From assembly GCA_963666205.1 (NCBI GenBank), contig OY762654.1:1760001-1824000 (forward strand): 64,000 nt of DNA, read 5' to 3'. A model generated the notes under the pieces. The model made no database searches. It was not told the origin of the DNA and saw only the letters and a list, made by a program, of their open reading frames with translations. The DNA comes from Synergistales bacterium (lineage in GTDB: Bacteria; Synergistota; Synergistia; Synergistales; JAFGMB01). Positions within the stretch are counted from its first letter, which is position 1. Each line of letters opens with the position of its first letter. The position numbers and the translations under genes are program-made. Shown here in pieces: positions 38,400 to 48,102 of this stretch.

Positions 38400-39653
38400 A
38401 TGGAAGTGGAACTTGGTTACGGAAAGGGATCAGTATTGGTTAATGTAGATGAGAGCAGGCTTATGGGAGTGCTTGAACCTGCCTCTATTGAGGGTTCCGG
38501 CCTTTCTGAAAGGCAGGAAATAGAAAGGGCGCTTTTGAACCCCGTCAATTCTCCCCGACTTGAAACCATGGTGAAACCAGGAGAAAAGATCGTCGTAATT
38601 ACCAGCGACATTACCAGACCATGTCCCTCATACAAGGTTCTGCCTCCCCTCATGGAAGAACTGTGTCGTGCCGGAGCAAGGGATAATGACATAACCATCG
38701 TCTTTGCCCTTGGCAGCCACCGGAAACATTCCAAAGAAGAAATGAAAAAACTCGTGGGTGAAAATATTTACAGCAGATATTCCTGTGTAGATCTGGATGT
38801 GGATGATTGCGTGAGCGTGGGAGTGACAAAGAGGGGAACCCCGGTGGATGTGTTCAGGCCGGTTGTCGAAGCGGACAGAAGAATATGTGTCGGCAACATT
38901 GAATACCACTACTTTGCCGGTTACAGTGGAGGAGCCAAGGCTATCCTGCCAGGAGTCTGTACCAAAGAGGCCATACAGGCCAACCATCGGATGATGGTCC
39001 GGGCTGATGCTGTAACGGGAACCCTCGATACTAACCCGCTGAGGTGTGACATAGATGAGGTGAGTGATCTCATATCCATCGATTTCATTCTTAATGTGGT
39101 TCTTGATCCTCACAAGAAGATCCTTAAAGCTGTTGCAGGTCATTACATTGATGCTCATCGTGAAGGCTGTCATTTCCTCGATAGCCTCTACAAGATCAGA
39201 ATAGAGAAAGCGGCGGATATCGTTATTGTGTCGCCTGGAGGTTTTCCCAAGGATATCAATATGTACCAGGCTCAGAAGGCTCTTGACAATGCCCGCCATG
39301 CGGTGAGGGAAGGTGGGGTTATCATCTGGGTTGCTTCCTGTGGTGAAGGATTCGGTTCTGCTGTTTTCGAGAAATGGATAAGGGGAGCAGATTCACCGGA
39401 CCAGATAATTGAAGATATTCAGAAGAACTTTGAACTGGGAGGTCATAAGGCTGCTGCCATTGCCATGACCCTGAAAAAGGCCGGAATTTTTCTTGTTTCC
39501 GATCTCGATGCCGACCTCGTCAGGTCTATATTCCTTAAACCCTTTTCTGATGTAGCGGAAGCCCAGAAAGAGGCTTATCGCCTTCTGGGAAGTGATGCTG
39601 AAACTCTGCTTATGCCCTATGGAGGTTCAACTCTACCGGTTTATAAGGGATAA
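38400..39653 (+). CDS. larA: LarA-family nickel-pincer-dependent racemase/epimerase
   Basis: SDITRP, ALGSHR, HYFAGYSGGAK..PG, PKDINMYQAQK and GGHKA. Confidence 0.88.
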   Translation: MEVELGYGKGSVLVNVDESRLMGVLEPASIEGSGLSERQEIERALLNPVNSPRLETMVKPGEKIVVITSDITRPCPSYKVLPPLMEELCRAGARDNDITIVFALGSHRKHSKEEMKKLVGENIYSRYSCVDLDVDDCVSVGVTKRGTPVDVFRPVVEADRRICVGNIEYHYFAGYSGGAKAILPGVCTKEAIQANHRMMVRADAVTGTLDTNPLRCDIDEVSDLISIDFILNVVLDPHKKILKAVAGHYIDAHREGCHFLDSLYKIRIEKAADIVIVSPGGFPKDINMYQAQKALDNARHAVREGGVIIWVASCGEGFGSAVFEKWIRGADSPDQIIEDIQKNFELGGHKAAAIAMTLKKAGIFLVSDLDADLVRSIFLKPFSDVAEAQKEAYRLLGSDAETLLMPYGGSTLPVYKG

Positions 39654-39722
39654 CAACCCTTAAGTAATTGTAAAACGAGCTTTCCCCCGGGTAGCAGAAG
39701 GGAAGGCTCGTTGTTCGTATTC

Positions 39723-40877
39723 CTATTTTCTCCAGAGGTCAGTGTTTTCCAGGTCTGCGGCAACGTCCTTGAGAAGAGATGGTATCTGGAGGTGCTGGGG
39801 GCATACCTCCATACATTTTCCGCAGTTTACACATAGAGAGGCGTGGGCTTTTTTGCCCATTATTCCGCCGAGCCAGAAATAATACTGACGTTTTGGGTCT
39901 TCCTGCCCGAGAAGATGATAGCGGTTATAGAACTCAAAACAGGTGGGAATATCCACTCCTGCCGGACAGGGCATGCAGTAACGGCATCCAGTGCAGCCCA
40001 CTTTTGTAAGGCGGCGGTATTCATCTCCAGCCCTCTTGACCATGTCAAGTTCTGTTTCTGTCATGGATTCAGGTTTAGCCTCGCTGGCTATCCTGATGTT
40101 TTCCTCGATATGTTCTTCTTCATTCATGCCTGACAGGACAACTTTCACCTCTGGATGGTTCCAGAGCCATCTGAGTCCCCACTCTGCCGGTGTTCTCTTT
40201 ATCTCTGATTCATCCCATATTTCCGCTACTGAAGGAGGCACGATCCTGGTCAGACTCCCACCCCGGAGAGGTTCCATTATGATAACTCCAAGTCCCTTTG
40301 AAGCAGCATATCTGAGTCCTTCCGTTCCAGCCTGGAAATCTTTATCCAGGTAGTTATACTGGATCTGGCAGAAGTCCCAGTCAAAGGAATCAACTATTTC
40401 TTTGAATGTTCCCAGGTCATCATGAAAGGAGAACCCTGCATTTCTTACCTTTCCATTTTTTTTAGCTTCAACAAGAAAATCCAGTACTCCCAGATCCCTT
40501 ATGTTTTCCCAGCTTTGTCTTGAAAGGGCATGAAGCAGGTAATAATCTATCCATTCTGTCTGAAGTCTTTCGAGCTGAAGGTCAAGCATTCTCTCAATAT
40601 CATCCGGTTCTTTCATAAGCCAGCAGGGCAGCTTGGTGGCAAGCTTTACCTTCTCCCTGTAACCGTCTTTAAGAGCCTTTCCTACGAAGGGTTCGCCATC
40701 TCCATTGTGGTATGGATAAGCTGTATCAATATAGTTGATTCCCCTATCTATCGCTGATTGGATATGCCGGGTTGCCCGTTCTTCATCGATGGAGCCATCC
40801 TTCTGGGCAAGTCTCATACATCCGAAACCCAGAATAGAAAGCTCATCACCGTTCTTTGGCATTTTTCTGTAAAGCAT
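39723..40877 (-). CDS. Aldo/keto reductase with C-terminal 4Fe-4S domain
   Basis: LGFGCMRL, DTAYPYH, ATKLP, GFSFH, MEPLRGG, CTGCRYCMPCP and CVNCGKC..CP. Confidence 0.9.
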   Translation of the reverse strand: MLYRKMPKNGDELSILGFGCMRLAQKDGSIDEERATRHIQSAIDRGINYIDTAYPYHNGDGEPFVGKALKDGYREKVKLATKLPCWLMKEPDDIERMLDLQLERLQTEWIDYYLLHALSRQSWENIRDLGVLDFLVEAKKNGKVRNAGFSFHDDLGTFKEIVDSFDWDFCQIQYNYLDKDFQAGTEGLRYAASKGLGVIIMEPLRGGSLTRIVPPSVAEIWDESEIKRTPAEWGLRWLWNHPEVKVVLSGMNEEEHIEENIRIASEAKPESMTETELDMVKRAGDEYRRLTKVGCTGCRYCMPCPAGVDIPTCFEFYNRYHLLGQEDPKRQYYFWLGGIMGKKAHASLCVNCGKCMEVCPQHLQIPSLLKDVAADLENTDLWRK

Positions 40878-41136
40878 TTTTCTCCCTCCCTGAAATATAC
40901 GGTAGAAAATTCATTGAAATATCTCGTGAAACATAACCCTTAACATCAGTACATCTCTATTTCTGATACCTTATTTGTTTTCTGTAGAGGATAGATGACA
41001 CTATAACATAAAGTGTAAAAAATCATGAAAATAAAAATGAGAAATATTTCACTAAGGGATGTTATAATAGGTTTAGTAGGTCAGACTGATACTCTTCTAT
41101 TGAGAATTAACCGAAATTAGTCAAGGAGGAATTGTA

Positions 41137-41580
41137 ATGAAAAAAACTGAACTCCTCTCTGCTGTTGCAGCCTGCGGGATCGATTGTATCAACTGCCCCA
41201 TGCACGAAAAAAACATAACTGAAGATCTGAAAAACAGAGTTGCCGCCATGATGGGGAAGGACCCCGATGAAATGATCTGCCATGGCTGCCGCTCGGATAA
41301 GCGGGCGGCCATATGTCCTGCCGACTGTTCCACCCTTACCTGCTCAAGGGAAAAGGGTGTTGACTTCTGTTTTGAATGTCCAGACTTCCCCTGCGAAAAG
41401 CTCAACCCGGCTTCAGACCGGGCTGAAAGACTTCCCCATAATCTTAAGGTATATAATTCCTGCCGAATGAAAAAAATGGGTCCTGAAAAATGGCTGGAGG
41501 AAGATGCCGGACCAACTACTGCCAGGTATTACAAGGGAAAGATGGTCATCGGAAGGGGCCCCGTACTGGAAGGAGAGTAA
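41137..41580 (+). CDS. DUF3795-like Cys-rich protein
   Basis: CGIDCINC, CHGC, C..C and CFECPDFPC pattern. Confidence 0.8.
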   Translation: MKKTELLSAVAACGIDCINCPMHEKNITEDLKNRVAAMMGKDPDEMICHGCRSDKRAAICPADCSTLTCSREKGVDFCFECPDFPCEKLNPASDRAERLPHNLKVYNSCRMKKMGPEKWLEEDAGPTTARYYKGKMVIGRGPVLEGE

Positions 41581-41767
41581 TTCTGCAAAAGAAGTTTCAT
41601 GTATTTCTGTGCTTTCCTGAAAATATTTTATTCCATGATCTGAAGGGTTATGCAGTATAGATAGGATCCATATAGAGGGACTCCTGTTTAGCGGGATGCA
41701 TTTATAATTCTGCAGATGCAGGATATACTGGTATTCTACAGAATATCTCAGGAGGTGCGAATTCATT

Positions 41768-42973
41768 ATGGATACCAGGCTCCAGAAACTTCTTTCCCAT
41801 GTCTCTACAGAAGAACTTGCAGAGTTGACAAGCCGTTTTATCAGGATCCCCAGCCACTGGGATGTGCCGGACAAGGAAGTCGAAATGGTAAAGGCTGTGG
41901 TTGCATTCCTTGATTCGGAAAATATACCCTATGAACTCGATCATGTCGAAGGAGAAAGGTACAATATAATCGCCTGTCTCAAGGGGACTGGCGGAGGCAG
42001 CAGCCTTTCCCTTGCCGGACATCTCGATACGGTACCGCCCTATAATATGAAGGTTGACCCCTTTGGAGGAAAGATCGAGGGGGACCGTGTATGGGGCCGT
42101 GGAACGGTAGACATGAAAGGTGCAGATGCATGTATGCTCCTGACATTGGCTGCATTCAAAAGGTCAGGAATAGAGCTTGCAGGGGACCTCTATTTTGCAG
42201 GTGTTCTTGCTGAAGAGACCAACAGCGATGGAGCCGAGTCCCTTATCGAATCAGGATTCAGAACAGATGGCGTAATAATCGGAGAACCGTCAGGTATCCA
42301 GTATTCCATAGGACACCGTGGCCTGGAATGGATCGAAGTGGAATTCTTCGGAAAAACTGCACATGGCGGAGTTCCGGAAGAAGGAGTCAATGCCATCCTG
42401 CAAGCCACCAGATTTATTACAAGGGTCCAGGAAAAGATAGTACCCATGCTCAAAGAGCGTTACCATCCCCATATGGGCCCCTCAGTAATGAACTTCGGTA
42501 AAATTGAGGGAGGTCTTCAACCGAGTACAGTAGCAGGAAGTTGTACCCTCCAGCTTGATCGGCGATACCTGCCCTGGGAATCGGTAACCAGTCTTATGAA
42601 GGAATACCAGGATGTAATTGATGAACTATCTGCGGAAGATCCCACATTCAAAGCCGAACTCCGTCTTCTCGATATAGGAATTATGAACAAATATGAACAT
42701 GTGGCCCTTGAAACTTCCCCCGACGAACCCATCGTAGATGCCATAAAATATGCACTCTCCGAAGTTCACGGAAAGCCGGCAGAACTCTCCACCAAGCATG
42801 GCTGGACCGATGCCGCTCTTTTCAGACATTACGGAAATATGCCCACAGTAGTCTATGGTCCTGGAGACCTAGTCAGGGCCCACGGACCGGAGGAATATAT
42901 AACTTTCAAAGAACTTGAGGATGGTTTCAGGACATATCTTCTTGCGTCCATGAAGTTTTGTGGAGTCTGCTGA
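41768..42973 (+). CDS. M20 metallohydrolase (ArgE/DapE-like)
   Basis: GHLDTVP, GRGTVDMKG, AEE, IGEP, HGG, GWTDA and GPG..AH..EE. Confidence 0.9.
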   Translation: MDTRLQKLLSHVSTEELAELTSRFIRIPSHWDVPDKEVEMVKAVVAFLDSENIPYELDHVEGERYNIIACLKGTGGGSSLSLAGHLDTVPPYNMKVDPFGGKIEGDRVWGRGTVDMKGADACMLLTLAAFKRSGIELAGDLYFAGVLAEETNSDGAESLIESGFRTDGVIIGEPSGIQYSIGHRGLEWIEVEFFGKTAHGGVPEEGVNAILQATRFITRVQEKIVPMLKERYHPHMGPSVMNFGKIEGGLQPSTVAGSCTLQLDRRYLPWESVTSLMKEYQDVIDELSAEDPTFKAELRLLDIGIMNKYEHVALETSPDEPIVDAIKYALSEVHGKPAELSTKHGWTDAALFRHYGNMPTVVYGPGDLVRAHGPEEYITFKELEDGFRTYLLASMKFCGVC

Positions 42974-42993
42974 AAAAAGGGACCATTATTCCA

Positions 42994-44373
42994 ATGAGCA
43001 TTTCCAGTATTTTCGAGATAATAGGGCCTGTCATGATAGGCCCTTCCAGTTCCCATACCGGAGGGGCCTACAGAATGGGAATAAAGGCCAGAACACTCCT
43101 AAAAGAAGAACCGGTCCAGATCAGGATTGTTCTGTATAATTCCTACGCCAGAACATGTCAGGGTCATAAGACACATGTGGCTATCCTTGCCGGCTGCCTC
43201 GGTTTTGGACCAACTGATCATAGAATAATCGGATCCTTCGAGTACGCTTCAAATTCCAATATCAGGGTTATCCTTTCCCACTCCTTTGATGAATCCCTTC
43301 ATCCCAATACAGCCGATATTGAATTGACTTCAACTTCAGGAAGATCCCTTCGGCTAAGAGCAATATCCATCGGAGGAGGGGCTATTCAGGTTCAGGAAGT
43401 TGCGGAATCACATTCATCAGATAGAGGGAGCTTTTATCCTGTTGAACGGGAAAATGAAGATTTTACCGGAATCGAAGATATTCCCGTTATCTGCGGTCTC
43501 GAAAGTTTTTCCGAGCTTCTTGAAGAAGCTGAAAACAAGGGGATCAGTCTTTCGGAAATAATCCTTAACCAGGAATCCAGGGCTGCCGGGGCTCTGGAAG
43601 AAGACATTCTGGCCAAGGTATCAGAGATCCTGAATGTAATGAAAAAAGCGATAAATAGAGGTGTAAAAGGGAATGTGTCTACTCTTGGCGGATTATCAGG
43701 GAAAGATGCATCCCTTATATCAGACAGAAAAGGCAGCAAACAGGTTCTCAGAGATCCTGCTTTTTCGAAAACCCTTGCTTATGCTCTTGCCGTGAATGAG
43801 GTCAATGCTTCCATGGGGGTAGTTGCGGCAGCCCCTACAGGTGGTGCGTGTGGAGTTCTTCCTGCGGTGCTGCTTGCGATGGCAGAATCCCATAACCTGG
43901 AGGAAGAAAATATCATAAGAGCCCTGGTAACAGCAGGAGGTATTGGTGCAAGGATAGCGAAAAAAACCTCACTTTCTGCTTCTGTCGCAGGGTGTCAGGT
44001 TGAGGTAGGTGTGGCCGTGGCGATGGCTTCTGGTGCACTGGTAGAACTTCTCGGAGGAACTCCACGGGAGGCAATTGAAGCTTCAGCAATAGGACTCAAA
44101 AGTTATCTGGGGCTCGCCTGCGATGCCATTGCAGGCCTGGTGGAAGTTCCCTGTATAAAACGGAATGCGATTGGAGGCAGTGCATCTCTTGCAGCAGCCC
44201 AGATGGCTCTCCTGGGGATAAAGAGCCAGGTTCCTATGGATGAAGTGGTCTGGGCCCTGGCTGACATTGGCAGTAAGATGCCCCTCTGTTTCAGGGATAC
44301 CGTCTCTGCAGGCCTTGCCCTTACTGAAACTGGGAAAAAAGTTTACAGTAATATTTATGGTGAAGAACTCTAG
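42994..44373 (+). CDS. sdaA: Fe-S L-serine dehydratase, beta and alpha subunits fused
   Basis: IGPVMIGPSSSHT, HPNT and SIGGG (beta); AVNEVNASMG, PTGGACG, GCQ.E, GLACD and VEVPCIKRN (alpha). Confidence 0.85.
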   Translation: MSISSIFEIIGPVMIGPSSSHTGGAYRMGIKARTLLKEEPVQIRIVLYNSYARTCQGHKTHVAILAGCLGFGPTDHRIIGSFEYASNSNIRVILSHSFDESLHPNTADIELTSTSGRSLRLRAISIGGGAIQVQEVAESHSSDRGSFYPVERENEDFTGIEDIPVICGLESFSELLEEAENKGISLSEIILNQESRAAGALEEDILAKVSEILNVMKKAINRGVKGNVSTLGGLSGKDASLISDRKGSKQVLRDPAFSKTLAYALAVNEVNASMGVVAAAPTGGACGVLPAVLLAMAESHNLEEENIIRALVTAGGIGARIAKKTSLSASVAGCQVEVGVAVAMASGALVELLGGTPREAIEASAIGLKSYLGLACDAIAGLVEVPCIKRNAIGGSASLAAAQMALLGIKSQVPMDEVVWALADIGSKMPLCFRDTVSAGLALTETGKKVYSNIYGEEL

Positions 44374-44618
44374 CTTATAACTTTAACCCTCTATCTACGG
44401 GGTTGTTCCTTTCTGAGAATTGATTTTTCCAAATGAAGAAAATATTTACATTTTGTTTCCTTTCTTGTTGACTTAAAACATATTGATATCTATTATCATT
44501 AGTGGTCTTTTGGAAAACTTAAAACTGAGAATTTGATATAAAGAAGGGAAAAGTTTTTATAACTGTTCCGGCCTTGAAAATATTTGCAACGCCATTTCTT
44601 TCCTAGGGGGAACGACAA

Positions 44619-45917
44619 ATGTTTACAATCAGGGAATTTTTGAGATCGGAAGTGAAGCCTGCATTGGGATGTACTGAGCCCGGTGCGGTGGCACTGGGCG
44701 TAGCGAGGGCCGTAGAGGAACTTGGAGGAGCCCCCGTTAAAGAGATCGAGGTAGTGGTAAGCGACAGCATATACAAGAACGGCATGTACGTAGGTATTCC
44801 AGGTACAGGAGGCCTCAAGGGCAACGACATAGCAGCAGCCATGGCAGCCCTTCAGGGAAAGTCGGAATACGGCCTTGAAGTTCTCAAGGACTGCGATGCT
44901 GATACTGTGAAAAAGTCCCAGGCCATGGTGGATTCAGGGAAGGTGGTCATAATCCCCGACCTTGACCGCCACGGAGTATATGTGGAATCCAGGGTGAGCA
45001 GTGAAAATGACACAGCAGTGACGGTCATAGAGAGCACCCACACCAATATAACGAAGGTTACCCTCAACGACAGGGTCATATTTGAAACAGAAAAAGGGAC
45101 AGAGGACAAGAACGGCAGTAAGACCCTATCCATCCCCGAGCAGGTGGAAAGGATGAACTACTCGGAGCTGGTCAGTATGGCTGAGGACATGGACGCAGAG
45201 GACGTGGACTACGTCATGAACGGAGTGGACATGAACCTCACCATAGCCGAATACGGATTCACTCACAACGTAGGCATCAACCTCGGATCCACCATAAAGA
45301 AACTGGCAGGTGAGCATTACGACTCCGATGACCTGAGCAGCAGGATCAAGGCAGTGGCGGCGGCAGCCTCCGACGCACGAATGGACGGAGCACCCTATCC
45401 CGTTATGAGCAGTGCCGGAAGCGGCAACCACGGGATCACCGCCATCCTTCCCGTATACGTAGCAGGAGATCATTATGGCAAGAGCAGGGAAGAGATAGCG
45501 AAAGCCATAGCCTTCAGCCACCTCACCACATCCTTCATAAAGAGCAGGATGGGCAGGCTCAGCCCCGTATGCGGATGCAGCGTAGCTGCAGGGGCAGGAG
45601 CGGCATCGGGGATCGTCTATCTTCTGAGTAAAGACATAGCAAAGGCAGAGAAGGCAGTGGAGATGGTGCTTGGCAACCTGGTGGGGATGGTATGTGACGG
45701 AGCGAAGGAGACCTGTGCCCTGAAGGTAGGGACGGGAGCCCTTGAATCCTACCATGCGGCCATGATCGTGATGGGAGGCAATGGCCTGAACGGACCCCAG
45801 GGAGTGGTGGACGATACCATAGAGAAGACCGTGGCAAACGCTGCTTCCATCAATGTGGAAGGAATGACGGAAGTCGACAGTATTATCATTGATTTCATAA
45901 AACAAAGGTTCGCATAA
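44619..45917 (+). CDS. Serine dehydratase alpha-like protein / L-cysteine desulfidase (YhaM/CyuA family)
   Basis: PALGCTEP, DARMDG, SGSGNHG-type motif (SAGSGNHG), LSPVCGC and GMVCDGAKETCALK. Confidence 0.85.
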   Translation: MFTIREFLRSEVKPALGCTEPGAVALGVARAVEELGGAPVKEIEVVVSDSIYKNGMYVGIPGTGGLKGNDIAAAMAALQGKSEYGLEVLKDCDADTVKKSQAMVDSGKVVIIPDLDRHGVYVESRVSSENDTAVTVIESTHTNITKVTLNDRVIFETEKGTEDKNGSKTLSIPEQVERMNYSELVSMAEDMDAEDVDYVMNGVDMNLTIAEYGFTHNVGINLGSTIKKLAGEHYDSDDLSSRIKAVAAAASDARMDGAPYPVMSSAGSGNHGITAILPVYVAGDHYGKSREEIAKAIAFSHLTTSFIKSRMGRLSPVCGCSVAAGAGAASGIVYLLSKDIAKAEKAVEMVLGNLVGMVCDGAKETCALKVGTGALESYHAAMIVMGGNGLNGPQGVVDDTIEKTVANAASINVEGMTEVDSIIIDFIKQRFA

Positions 45918-45940
45918 GAGTCTTCCTTTAGCTTGAAATG

Positions 45941-45981
45941 CAAAGTAAGGTCTGTTCCTTCAAGGAGCAGACCTTACTTTG
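45941..45981. terminator. Hairpin between convergent genes
   Basis: caaagtaaggtctgttcctt / aaggagcagaccttactttg. Confidence 0.7.
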
Positions 45982-45994
45982 TTATCAAAGTTAT

Positions 45995-46528
45995 TTAAAT
46001 TCTTGCAATAGAGTTTGCGAAGGGGTGGCCTGCCTCGAGGATCTCTATGGCTATTTCGGCTGCGAATCGGGCAGCTTCTCCGCATACGTCCGGGCAGCCC
46101 TCTTCGGCGTCGACCATGATATCGTGAAGTTCATCCCGCTGTTTTTCATCAGTGAGGTCGAAGACCCTTCCGTAGAGTTTTTCGTGTATTTCCGTACAGA
46201 TAACTGTTCCGTATTTCTCTTCAAACTTATTGAAGAGCTTGTCCATGTAACCCATTCCCCGAACAGCCTGGTCCTTCATCTCCAGGTCATCCCGACCTGC
46301 GAGGAGACCGAGGAACATGAGAGCTCCGGCAAGGGCTCCGCAGATATTGCCGTGTCTTACACAACCGCCGGCAAAGGCGGTTGATGACCGCAGAACGTCG
46401 GGATTGTGAATACCGAATCCTGTCATGAGGGCAGCCAGGGTTCCCTGGCTGCAGAGGTGATATTCAGCCTCATTATGATTTGCCATTTCAGCTACAGCTT
46501 CAATTATCTCATTGTAATATTCGTCCAT
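45995..46528 (-). CDS. C_GCAxxG_C_C family putative redox protein
   Basis: CSQG, FAGG..CGALAG, CTEI and CPDVC pattern. Confidence 0.82.
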   Translation of the reverse strand: MDEYYNEIIEAVAEMANHNEAEYHLCSQGTLAALMTGFGIHNPDVLRSSTAFAGGCVRHGNICGALAGALMFLGLLAGRDDLEMKDQAVRGMGYMDKLFNKFEEKYGTVICTEIHEKLYGRVFDLTDEKQRDELHDIMVDAEEGCPDVCGEAARFAAEIAIEILEAGHPFANSIARI

Positions 46529-46736
46529 GGTTGACCTCCAGTGGGTGGAAATAATAATTTGATGGAACCTATTGTAGCAGTATAAACATTCAACTGTAAT
46601 CCTTAAACCATTATCGATCAGTAATTTATTCTTCCTGAATGATAAAACGGGATAACCTTTTTTCTGCTAAAATAGGGTTCTTGTGTTTTTCTCGGGTGTT
46701 ATACAGAATGCTCTGCCCGGAGAATAGGAATATATA

Positions 46737-47906
46737 ATGACAAAAATGCTTAAACCCACTATTCTTTCACTATCGCTCCTCACAGTGATATCCACATCTG
46801 CAATATCGCCTGCCCTTGGAGAAATAGCAGATTATTTCCCATCTGCCGAGAGGTTCATGATACAGCTGATCGCTGTAATGCATGCCCTTGCTATTGTTCC
46901 CTCTCTATTCTTTGCAAGCTGGCTTACTGCAAGATTTCCCAAAAAGAGAGTCCTTCTTGCCGGTCTCCTTGTCTTTGCCTTTGGTGGAATATCAGGAGGG
47001 CTTGCAGAGAATATTTATATGCTCCTTCTATCCAGGATCGTACTGGGGATAGGTCTTGGTATGGTCATTCCCTTTTCCACAGCCCTCATCGCTGATTTTT
47101 TCGAAGGAGAAGAAAAGACCAGAATGATGGGCCTTTCAAGTTCCTTCAATATGCTGGGGGGAATGATAGCATTGACAATATCCGGTCAGTTGGCCATCCT
47201 GTCATGGAAACTTCCATTCCTGATCTATGCCTTGGGAATTCCTGTGCTCCTTCTTAATGCAAGATATCTGCCCCAGGTGCAGAGCAAAAAAAATGAACAG
47301 CATTCATCTGCTGTTGAACCCCTTCCCCGTCGTGTTTACCTGGTCGCCTTCGTAATGTTTCTTTTCTGTATGATGTTCTTTATTCTCACTCCTACCATGG
47401 CCCTTTTCCTGAGAGATAATGCCTTTGGGGATGCAAGAATGGCAGGAACAGCCATATCTTTTGCTTCCCTTGGAGGATTTACATCCGGTTTCGTTCTCCC
47501 ATGGACCAGGAAATTTACAGGGAAATTCTTTCTTGCGGCCATGCTTGCAGTTACCAGTACTGGTTTTCTGTCTCTTTACCTTTCGGATGTAATAGGAATG
47601 GTCTTTGCCGGGGCATTATGTATAGGTTTTGCCAACAGATCTGTCTATCCCCTTTTCTTTCTTAAGGTTACCCAGGGAATTACTCCAGACCAGTCTGTAC
47701 GGGCAACTGCAGTTCTGAGCGCCATGATCTATGTAGGCCAGTTCATGGCACCACCCTTCCAGCGTCTGGTAAGATTTGTTTTCCACCATCCAGAGATCCG
47801 CTTTCTTTATCTTTTTGTAGCTTCAGTGACCATGTCTGTTGCAATTGCACTTTTTCTCCACGCATTTTTCAATAAAAAAGAAGACCTGGGTTATATCAGC
47901 GAGTAG
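46737..47906 (+). CDS. MFS transporter
   Basis: About 12 TM segments; ISPALGEI, RIVLGIGLG and LIADFF. Confidence 0.88.
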   Translation: MTKMLKPTILSLSLLTVISTSAISPALGEIADYFPSAERFMIQLIAVMHALAIVPSLFFASWLTARFPKKRVLLAGLLVFAFGGISGGLAENIYMLLLSRIVLGIGLGMVIPFSTALIADFFEGEEKTRMMGLSSSFNMLGGMIALTISGQLAILSWKLPFLIYALGIPVLLLNARYLPQVQSKKNEQHSSAVEPLPRRVYLVAFVMFLFCMMFFILTPTMALFLRDNAFGDARMAGTAISFASLGGFTSGFVLPWTRKFTGKFFLAAMLAVTSTGFLSLYLSDVIGMVFAGALCIGFANRSVYPLFFLKVTQGITPDQSVRATAVLSAMIYVGQFMAPPFQRLVRFVFHHPEIRFLYLFVASVTMSVAIALFLHAFFNKKEDLGYISE

Positions 47907-48019
47907 CCTTCTTCTTTAAGTTGTTACCATCCGGGAGATTAATATTCAGTTGCCCCATGTCAGATTTACCGAAATCCTCTCCTTTAAAACCCGATAATAC
48001 CCTCTTGTTGTTCTTTGAG

Positions 48020-48088
48020 TTGACAAATCCGGTTACTGTGCCTATATTTTTAAGTATATTTTGAAGTATACTTAAAAATATACTTAAA
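48020..48088 (+). promoter_or_regulatory. Sigma70 promoter and 40-bp palindromic operator
   Basis: ttgaca(48020)-17 nt-tatatt(48043); 48049-48088 tttaagtatattttgaagtatacttaaaaatatacttaaa pairs at 19 of 20 positions. Confidence 0.75.
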
Positions 48089-48102
48089 TTACGGGGGGAG
48101 GA

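Noticed and set aside
45126-45905. 259-aa antisense ORF
   Set aside because: It lies wholly opposite the YhaM-like gene and is explained by that gene's codon bias.
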